NCBI GenBank assembly: GCA_963823665.1
Contig: CAWGMQ010000010.1
Coordinates: forward strand, 832,001-896,000
Direction of reading: 5' to 3'
DNA length: 64,000 nt
Origin: an uncultured Planctomycetota bacterium
Lineage (GTDB): Bacteria > Planctomycetota > Planctomycetia > Isosphaerales > Isosphaeraceae
Shown: positions 1 to 8,121 of the stretch, piece after piece
Layout: each line of letters begins with the position of its first letter
Position numbering within the stretch: the stretch's first letter is position 1
Translations under genes and position numbers: made by a program
The notes under the pieces: model-generated
Seen by the model: only the letters and a program-made list of their open reading frames with translations
Databases searched by the model: none
Told to the model about the DNA's origin: nothing

Positions 1-3000
1 GCCTGGTCAAGCAGGTGACGGGCGAGGCCCCGCCGCCTCTGCGCAAGCTCAACCCCGAGGTGCCCCGCGACCTGGAGACGATCGTCCAGAAGGCGATCGA
101 GCGCGAGCCGTCGCACCGCTACGCGACGGCCTCGGAGCTGGCCGACGACCTGCGGCGGTTCGTCGACGACGAGCCGATCCGGGCGCGGCGGACGAGCCAT
201 GCCGAGCGGCTGGCTCGCTGGGGGCGTCGCAATCCGGCGCTGGCGGCTCTCTCGGGGGTCGTCGGCCTGCTCGCCCTGGCGGTGATCGGAAGTCTGTGGA
301 ACGGCAACGAGTCGGCGCGGCGTGCTCTGAAGGTCCAGACCGTGCTGCGGGGGGAGGCCGACGCCCGCGCCGAGGAAGCCCGCCAGTCGGCGGCGGCGGC
401 CGAGAACGCGAACCGCTCCCTGACCGCCCCCCAGGATTCGCTCCGCCGGACCTTCTACGCCGCTCAGATCAACCTCGCCCAGGCCGCCTGGGATTCGGGC
501 AGCCCGGCGCGCACGCTCGAGCTGCTCCAGGCCACGCGCCCGAAGCCTGGCGAGCCCGACTTCCGCGGGTTCGAGTGGAACTACTTCCGCCGCCAGGTCC
601 ATGGCGAGCTGGCCGTGTGCAAGCTCCCCGGCTACGCCGAGACCGGCATGCTCTCCGACGGCACGCCCGCGCTGTCGGCCGACGGGGGCCTGGCCGCCAT
701 CGTCGAACAGTATCGGGGCCGGGGCAACCCCGCCCTGGTCCTCATCCGCGAGACAACGACCGGCCGGCTGGTCCGGGAGATCCCCATCTCGAACCCGCTA
801 CAGAGCGTCGACTCCTGGAGTCCGGGCCGGACCGGGCTGGCCTTCAGCGCCCGACGGCGCCCGAATCGCCCTGGCATCTGCCAAGCTCGGCGGCGCGTCT
901 GCGGACCCGCCGCCCCTCGAGGCCCACGCCTTCGTCTGGAGCCTGGCCGACGGCCGGGAGCTGTTGCATCGCTCGTGGTCGATCGCCGGCGACGGGGTCT
1001 ACCCGGAGGTGGCCCTCGATCGGACCGGCTCGCGCATCGCCGTGGCCAGCTCGATCGTCGACCGGTCGGGCCTGGGCTCGGTCAGGTGCCGTGGCGACCT
1101 GAGGGTGCTCGACGTGGCCGACGGCCGCGAACGGATCCATCTGGTCTCGGCCGACCTTGGCTACGCCTCGCCCCAGCTCAGCCCTGACGGCGGCCTCGTG
1201 GCCGCCGCGGAACGCTCCTTTAGCGAGTGGACGCGCATGGTCACGGCCTCGCGCCTCCGGGTTCTCGAGGTCGAGGGGGGCCGGGCCAGGGACGACCTCG
1301 AGGGCCCGGGGAACAACGCGTATGAAGGTCGCTTTTCCCCGGACGGCCGGCTGCTGGCGATGACGATCATGAAGCCGGGTCTCGCCTCCTCCCTGGTCCT
1401 GTACGATCTTCAGGCCGGCCGGGTCGTCGCGAGGGATGGTCTTCCGGGCGCCTATGGAACGAGCTGGACGCCGGTCTTCAGCCCGGATGGCCGTCTCCTG
1501 GTTCTCGCGTCGAGAAACACCCCCGACTGCCAGGTGCGCGGAGTGCCTACCGGGCGTCTCCTGCGCTCGACCAGCCTCGGCTCGAGCGGTTGGCGCGAGA
1601 TCGCGGCCCGGCCGTCGGATGGCCGTCTCGTGACGCTCGACGCCTATGGCGACGCGCGCCAGTGGCCCTTGCCTTCGGCCGATTCGGCGTCGCTCGACTC
1701 TGGCAGGGCCCTCGAGCGTACCCGCGGGGCGAGGCTCGTCGACGGCGGTCGCAAGCTTGTCGTCCTGGAGGAGACCGGCGAGCCGGATCGGCCGATGCGG
1801 CTGACAGAGACCGACGTCGCGACCGGCCGGGTTCTCCGCAAGCTCGAACGGAGCGGGCCGATCACGCCGACGCTCGGCGTCTCTTTGGGCCCGTTCCCTG
1901 TTTGCGCGGAAGGTTCGCGGCTGGCGCTGGCGGCGAGTTCCCCGAGCGGCCGGCACATCGAGCGTCTCGAGATCTGGGATCTCGCGTCAGGGCAGCGGCT
2001 TCCGGACATCGACGAAGGCGTCCTGGGACGCGACGTTCGCATCGACCTTCTCATCTCGCCTCAGTGTTTCGACGCCCAAGGGACCCGCCTCGCGCTGCAC
2101 ACCATCCTCGTCGTGCCCGGGCCGGTCGACCAGCGCCTGATTTATCGCAGTTCAGCCGTCTCGATCGTGGAGCTTCCCTCGGGCCGTCTGCTGCGGAGGT
2201 TCCCCGACAGGCGCGCCTACACGATGAGGGAGCTGGCACTCCGCCCCGATGGCAAGCTCCTGGACGTCACCGAGCGAGAGAGCACGGCCGCTGGAGGGTC
2301 GAGGCCCGTGGTCGAGCTCTTCGACGCGGACTCGGGCGGGCTTGTCCGGACGCTTCGCTGCCGCCTGTCTTCCGCGAACACCCATCTTCTGGCGTTCAGC
2401 CCCGATGGCCGCCGAGTTGCCCTCGCCTGCCGCATCAACTGGACGAGGCCCTCGAGGTCAAACCCGGTCGTGGTCTGGGACCTGGCCGCGGGCGGCGACC
2501 CGGAGCCGCTGCATCTCGACGGGCATGTCAACGATGTCGTCGCGATGGCGTTCAGCCCCGACGGACATCGGCTGGCCACCGCGGCCTTGCGAGGCACGCA
2601 AGACGGTTGCGAGGTCAAGCTCTGGGATCTCGCCAGCGGGCGCAACCTCGTAACCTGGGCGCCCGCCGGCGGGAGGCCCCGCGACCTGGCCTTCGACCCC
2701 GAGGGCCACCAGCTCCGCGTGCTCTTGTTAGACCCCAACGCGGGCGACGCCCGGATCGTCCTGTTCGACGCCTCTCCGCTTGATCCCGAAATCGAGGCGA
2801 TTGATGTCGTCGATCGCCTTTACACGGACTCGATGCTCAACAGCGAGCTCGCCGCGAGGATCGAGGCTGAGCCGGGCCTCGACCCGGCCGTCCGCGCCGC
2901 CGCCCTGGCGGCTGTCCCCCTCCGCAAGGAGAGCGTCAATCACCTCAGAATGAGGGCCTCGGCCTGGCTCGACGCCCCTGACCGCACCCCGGAGATGATG

Positions 3001-3408
3001 CGCCGGGCGCTGGCCCACATCGAGCGCATCCTCGAGCTCGGCCAGGACTCCGACTACTACCTCGCGATCCTGGGCGAGGCCCGATACCGCAACGGCCTGC
3101 TGGCCGAATGCCTCGAGCCGCTCCGCCGGTCGCTCGCGATCCAGGAGCAGGGCAACACGGCGATCGAGCTCCGAGATTATGTGCCCTTGCTCTTCCTCGC
3201 CATGGCCGAAGCGAAGCTGGGCCACCGAGAAGCGGCCCAGACCGCCCTCGACGACTACCGGGCCAGGCGCGCTCAGGGGTTTGTCGGCTCGATGGGCAGG
3301 CCGCGCGACGACGTGCTCCTCGCCGAGGCCGAGGCGGTGTTCCGCGAGGCCCACGGCGTTGCGCACGCCGGCATCCCGACTTCGGCTGCTCCATCACCAA
3401 AGCCGTGA
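1..3408 (+). CDS. Ser/Thr protein kinase (C-terminal part) with TM helix, WD40 repeats and TPR-like tail; 5'-truncated by window edge; one frameshift near 850
   Basis: ORF 15..1187 gives the kinase end (VPRDLETIVQKAIEREPSHRYATASELADDL), a TM segment and a planctomycete-type RGFEWNY motif. ORF 601..3408 gives many FSPDG/WD repeats. Removing one C at 850-852 joins them as FSADGARIA. Confidence 0.85.
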
Positions 3409-3705
3409 ACGCACGGGCCCCGACTCCGAACGGTTCCTCCGCGCCGTCCGATCCCGAGACCCCACGGAATGCACGGATCGACATGGAAAGGATCATGGAA
3501 GCGGCGCATGGCGCGAGCGGAGATCGCCAGGGGGGGCGGCGATTTCCCTGCCGGCCCCGCGACGCGGACGAGTATCGGTCGATAATTGCGCGTGGTGTCA
3601 CCGGAGGCGGTCGATAGGAGAGTGGCGCACGGCAAAACGTCCTGCAACCCGGCCCACGGCGCCCGGCGGAGTGACTTTGTCCCCGCCGGCAAGCGTCGCT
3701 CCTTG

Positions 3706-4335
3706 TTAGCGACCGAGCAGGGCTTCCAGCCGAGAGGCAAGGGTCGGCCAGTCCGGCACCCATTCGAGTTTATCGCGCCCAGGCCTGGTTCGGTTCCATG
3801 GGTGCTCGATCAGAAACGCAGGCGATCCACTCTGCGTGAACGCAACGGCTTGGTCGTAGTCGTCCTCCACCGCCGCGAAGAAGGGTACGAGTGAGGCGTG
3901 CTTCTCGCCGTGCTTCAGGAAGTGAAGGTCGAATGCCAGGAGGCCGTGGCGCTCGAGCCAGTCGATCGTGGTTCGGCGGTTGCGGGCGATGCGGGTGGTG
4001 GCGATGTGGATATCAAACCATTGGCTCAGGCGGGTGATTTGTTCCACGGCGTGGGGCATCGGCTCGATGGATAGAATGTTTTGCGTCTCGGAGTAGAGCA
4101 CGCCGATCTTCCTCAATTCCTCGAGAGTGCAACTGTTGCCCGCCGCGTCGACGCACTTGAGATAGTCGAACTCGACGATATGTTCGTACTCGTAGCGGAC
4201 CCTGCCCTCGGTGTACTCGGAGATGACCCGCCGCATGACCGCGTCGGTTTGTGCCAGGACGTTATCGATATCCACACAGAGCCGGGGCTTCAGCGGCTCC
4301 TGCCGTGGATCATGCTGGATGAGCTGTTGCGACAT
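3706..4335 (-). CDS. HAD-superfamily 5'(3')-deoxyribonucleotidase-like phosphatase (NT5C type)
   Basis: Motif I CVDIDNVLA, motif II IATTR, motif III Lys (GEKH), motif IV VEDD, and the PWNR tail typical of NT5C-like proteins. Confidence 0.8.
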   Translation of the reverse strand: MSQQLIQHDPRQEPLKPRLCVDIDNVLAQTDAVMRRVISEYTEGRVRYEYEHIVEFDYLKCVDAAGNSCTLEELRKIGVLYSETQNILSIEPMPHAVEQITRLSQWFDIHIATTRIARNRRTTIDWLERHGLLAFDLHFLKHGEKHASLVPFFAAVEDDYDQAVAFTQSGSPAFLIEHPWNRTRPGRDKLEWVPDWPTLASRLEALLGR

Positions 4336-4447
4336 CGGTCATACCCACGGCGGTGATCAGGTCGTGCGGACATTCGTCCGCGTGCTGCGCCGTCGACGCT
4401 CGGGCGCGAGATTGCCGGTCGAAAACGATCGCGCCGGTTCACAAAAG

Positions 4448-4651
4448 CTACCTGAGCCATTCCCCAATCGTCTACCTTCCAGGGCGGTTATCTGAATCGC
4501 GCGACCGTTCAGAAATCGGCTGTCGCTATAAAGCAATATATATAGCGTATGATCCGATTTTAGGATTGGCTCGTCTTGTAGATGGGTATCGCCGCCGGCT
4601 AGATTAGGAGGAGGCGGGGGGATGTGAACGGATCGGTCATGGCTCAGGTAG
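4448..4651 (+). ncRNA. Candidate structured ncRNA upstream of the reverse transcriptase (may extend to ~4870)
   Basis: Perfect 13-bp inverted repeat CTACCTGAGCCAT (4448-4460) / ATGGCTCAGGTAG (4639-4651) enclosing further stems, including a long hairpin at 4513-4560. No credible ORF. Strand is inferred from the RT orientation. Confidence 0.5.
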
Positions 4652-4873
4652 TGCGAAGACTGTGTTCGTAACGCTGAGGGTCTCGCTGTGGCTGTAGTCT
4701 CGGAAACGGGTTCGGCTGATGCTGTCCCGGCTGCGCGGCTCTGGGGGCCGATGGCAGGTGAGCCCTGAAAGGGGGAGCCCTTGGACGGCGCATCGAAATC
4801 TATGCGGGCGCGCAGATCGCGTCCTATCGCTAGCGTGAAGGCCGAGGTACCGGAGGGTGTTCGAGGCAGGTAG

Positions 4874-6553
4874 GTGCTTCGGGCGGCCGAGTTTGGCCCG
4901 CGCGGCGGTGGGCCTCTGGCCGGCAAGGTAGCGCTGCTGCTGGGTGATGCCGTGCAAGACGATGAATTCGAGATCTCGGAGTTGGACGCCTGGGAGGCGC
5001 TGGCGGCCTCACTCGCCGCGTGCGAGCAATGGCTGATCTCGGACCCTCTCCGGTTCGCCGAGTTCGAGGTGAGTCGCTGCCCGCCGCGCTGGCAGCACGG
5101 TCGCTGTGTCGAGGTCGACCGGCTAGACCGGCCCAAGCAGGCCGGCGGCCCGAGGTCGGAAGCTTATCCCGACATTTATACATCTACATTTCTCCAGGTC
5201 ATGGCCAGCAAGCTCCAAGCAGAGGAGCATGATCCGGTCGCGTGGCGGTCTGACCCCACACTCCAGCTCGCGGGTACACCGCTCTATGATCTGTGGCGCG
5301 AGTGGGTGCTGAACTGGATCAAGACCCAGCTCGGCAGCGGCTTCCAGATGCTGGTGGCGGATGTCCGCGACTACTATCCCTCGATGAACGATAGGTTGCT
5401 CAGCCTCGCCCTGAACCGGCCTGCACTGGGCGCGGCGGGGCGGGACGAGTGCCTGAGGGTGATCGCCGCGATCAACAGCGTGCCGGACCACGAAGGGCGA
5501 CCCCAGCACGGCCTGCCAGTCGTGCAGGCCGATTTCTTCTGGACCGTCGCCAACATCGGCCTGCGGCCCGTGGACGAGGAGATACGGGCCAACCTGCCCG
5601 AGGTCAACCACACCCGCTGGGTCGACGACTACTTCCTCTCGGTGCGCTCGGATCCGTCAGCGGTCGTGGGACGTTTCGAAGCGATCCTGGAACACTGGGG
5701 ATTGCATCTCAACGCCGGAAAGACGCACATTCTGGAAGGTCGCCTCGATTTCCATGAGGTGTTCCAACCGGCGCGGCACGAGGCCCTCGACGCGCTGTCC
5801 CGCGTGCCGGCGGCCGACCCGGACGGCGTGCTGCTTCGGTACTTGCCGGAGATGGACCGTGATGCGCCCGACACGGCGCGCCTGATCAAGCGGCTGTACG
5901 GGCTCGCCTCGAAATGGAAGTCACCAGTCTTCCTGGGCCGGCTGGCCGGAGACCTCGAGCGCTACCCCGTGGCCGAGCTGGCGGTCGTCCGCTACATGGG
6001 CGCGATGGGGTGGCCCGAGGAGACATGGAACCTGATCGTCGACGGCCTAAACCATCCCCGAACGCACTACTCGCGGCTGGCGCTGATGCGGTCCCTGTTA
6101 CAGTTTCCGCCCGGCGAGCTGTGTGCCGAACTTGTCCTCTCGGAGATGCTCGCGATCGCGAACGGCCCGGCCATCGATGGGACACCGTTCGCTATGGCGC
6201 TGGCGTTGGGTTATGCTCTCAAGTACGCGACTGCGCCGGGGTTCGAGCGGCTGGCCGAGGCACGCCTGCCCGAGGTCGCAAAGTGGCCGTCAGCCATGGC
6301 TCGGCGCGTCGCCTATGAGTTCCTCTACGCCGGCTGCCGGTGGTCTCCGAGTGAGATCCTCCCGTTGCTCCGCGACGATCCCAGCGACGTGGTCCGCGGC
6401 CTAGCGCGGCTGGTGGAGGCGCAATCCGAAGAGGGCTTTCCGCGCCGCCTCCACGCCGCGATCCGCGTCGACGGGGCCGCCCGCCTGACCTGGGGGGGCC
6501 TTGATCGCCTCGTCGCGCGGCGGATCCTTCCTGAGGCGCTGGCGCCGCCCTGA
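4874..6553 (+). CDS. Reverse transcriptase, UG/Abi (defence-associated RT)-like, with alpha-helical/HEAT-like C-terminal region
   Basis: Ordered RT motifs: RPKQAGGPR, ADVRDYYPSM (D at 5360), GLPV..ANIGLRPVD, TRWVDDY (WVDD 5618-5629), GLHLNAGKT. About 250 aa of helical C-terminus ending LLRDDPSDVVRGLA. GTG start uncertain. Confidence 0.85.
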   Translation: MLRAAEFGPRGGGPLAGKVALLLGDAVQDDEFEISELDAWEALAASLAACEQWLISDPLRFAEFEVSRCPPRWQHGRCVEVDRLDRPKQAGGPRSEAYPDIYTSTFLQVMASKLQAEEHDPVAWRSDPTLQLAGTPLYDLWREWVLNWIKTQLGSGFQMLVADVRDYYPSMNDRLLSLALNRPALGAAGRDECLRVIAAINSVPDHEGRPQHGLPVVQADFFWTVANIGLRPVDEEIRANLPEVNHTRWVDDYFLSVRSDPSAVVGRFEAILEHWGLHLNAGKTHILEGRLDFHEVFQPARHEALDALSRVPAADPDGVLLRYLPEMDRDAPDTARLIKRLYGLASKWKSPVFLGRLAGDLERYPVAELAVVRYMGAMGWPEETWNLIVDGLNHPRTHYSRLALMRSLLQFPPGELCAELVLSEMLAIANGPAIDGTPFAMALALGYALKYATAPGFERLAEARLPEVAKWPSAMARRVAYEFLYAGCRWSPSEILPLLRDDPSDVVRGLARLVEAQSEEGFPRRLHAAIRVDGAARLTWGGLDRLVARRILPEALAPP

Positions 6554-6590
6554 GTCCGCCGTGCGCCGCGGGCGTGATGAGGAGGTGGCC

Positions 6591-6737
6591 ATGAGAATTC
6601 CGGAGATCGCTCAGAACTGGTTCAGCGACGAGCAGCAGCATAACGAGTCGTTCGCGGCGCGCGGGGCCGCTGTGCGAGAGCTCCCGGAGGGCAGCACCAA
6701 ACTTACCGCGCCTATCGAGAAGGCCGACCAATCGTGA
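6591..6737 (+). CDS. 48-aa small protein between the RT and the kinase-nuclease gene
   Basis: Strong SD AGGAGGT (6580-6586) before ATG 6591. Its TGA overlaps the GTG of the next gene (GTGA 6734-6737). Confidence 0.6.
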   Translation: MRIPEIAQNWFSDEQQHNESFAARGAAVRELPEGSTKLTAPIEKADQS

Positions 6738-8013
6738 CCCCCGGCGTCCTACTGCTGATCGGGCAGATCGCTTCGGGCAAGAGCACCGCGGCCCGGGGGC
6801 TGGTCTCGCTCTTTTCGGCGCACTTGGTTTCTGCCGACGACCTATGGAACCGGCCGGGTGGCGCGCAACGCGGCCGCGCGCTCGCCGAACAACTGGAGGT
6901 CGAGCGAGCCGGGAAGTTCCTTGTCTACGAGTGCACTGGGGCCGGGTCTGACTTTGAGGAACTCGTGCAATTCCTGCGCGAGAGGGCGGGGCGAGTCTTC
7001 GTCGTCAAGCTAGCGTGCGAGCTTGACACCGCCCTCAGTCGCCTGCGCCAACGCCCCTGGCGGCCCCCGCACACGAGCGGGACGTGGCGCCCCGAGCTGG
7101 AGCGGACGGCCAAGCGGCTGCGGACGGTGCCGGCTGACTTGACACTCGACGCGACCTGTCTCGGCACGGCCGAGGTGCAGCAACGGATTGCCGAGTTCCT
7201 GGCGGCGGGAGACCGTGAACCACTTTGGCCTCGGCCGGCCGTGCTCCACGGGTCGTTCAACTACTCCATGCTCGCGACGTACGAGCGGTGTCCGCTGGCC
7301 TACCGGTTCCGCCATCTGGACGCCAGGTCCGAGGAGTTTCTCGCCGACAGGACGATTCTGGGGCAAGCGCTACATGAGGTGCTCGCCTGGCTCCACCAAC
7401 CTGAGCGGGCCGGGGAGTTGGCCACCCTCGGCGAGGTGCTCGCGGCGTTCCACAAGGTGCTGGAAAACTTTCCGGGGGCGTGCGCCCCGACCTTCGGGCC
7501 GACGTTTTCCGCGAGGGCGAGGCGATGCTTCGCGCCTACCACGCGGGGCTCTATCTCTTCGACTCGCTTCGGACCGCGGCTGTCGAGCAGACCGCGACGC
7601 TCCCGCTTCGCCGCAACGTCTTGTTCGTCGGGCGGATCGACCGGGTGGCGTGGACCTCGGCTGGTACGCTCGTCGTGATCGACTACAAGACCGGGTCGAA
7701 CCCGAGCAGCTACTTCAACTCCGTTCCCGACCTGCTGCAGCTCGAAGCGTATGCCCTGGCTGCCCAGGGCCTGTACCAGGTGGCGGGCTGCGAGGCGCGC
7801 CGGCTGGATCTGCGGACGAACCAGACGGAGACGCTCACGGTCCTGGCACACGACGCTGCGCGGATCCGTGCGGCACTCCTGAGATGGATCGGGCGAGTGA
7901 CGAGCGACGATCGCTGTGAGGCGACGCCCGGTACAGCCTGCCGATCGTGCTCCTACTACTTCTCGTGTCCCTCGCATCTCGGCGAGCCCAGCCCCGGGCT
8001 CCGCGTCACCTGA
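6734..8013 (+). CDS. P-loop nucleotide/polynucleotide kinase (AAA_33-like) fused to a PD-(D/E)XK RecB/Cas4/AddB-like nuclease; frameshift in G-run 7474-7478
   Basis: N-terminal GQIASGKST, VSADD and lid RLRQR. Then YSMLATYERCP..GQALHEVL. After the frame change: AVEQ, GRIDRV, VIDYKTG, QLEAYA, CRSCSYYFSC. One extra G restores a ~426-aa ORF. Confidence 0.8.
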
Positions 8014-8121
8014 CCCAGAGCGCCGTCGAGCTAACGAACGGTGCGCCGCGAGCCAAAGCGATGTATCACTGCAAACGGGAAGCGGTGTCTCCGGAACCCT
8101 GGGGCGTTGACGTTCAGCCGG

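Noticed and set aside
4606..4627. AGGAGGAGG followed by ATG-TGA minigene
   Set aside because: Start-stop only; the purine tract is better explained as one arm of a stem. Not fully excluded.
4357..5136. 259-aa minus-strand ORF across the RT leader
   Set aside because: Ser/Pro/Arg-rich, overlaps the RT antisense and has no motifs; treated as a shadow ORF.
4874..6553. Classical retron, group II intron or DGR reverse transcriptase
   Set aside because: No NAxxH or VTG motif, no recognisable maturase domain or intron domain V, and no TR/VR pair or avd gene seen.
7250..8013. Cas4 of a CRISPR-Cas adaptation module
   Set aside because: No cas1/cas2 or array in the window; the fold is shared with many non-Cas nucleases.
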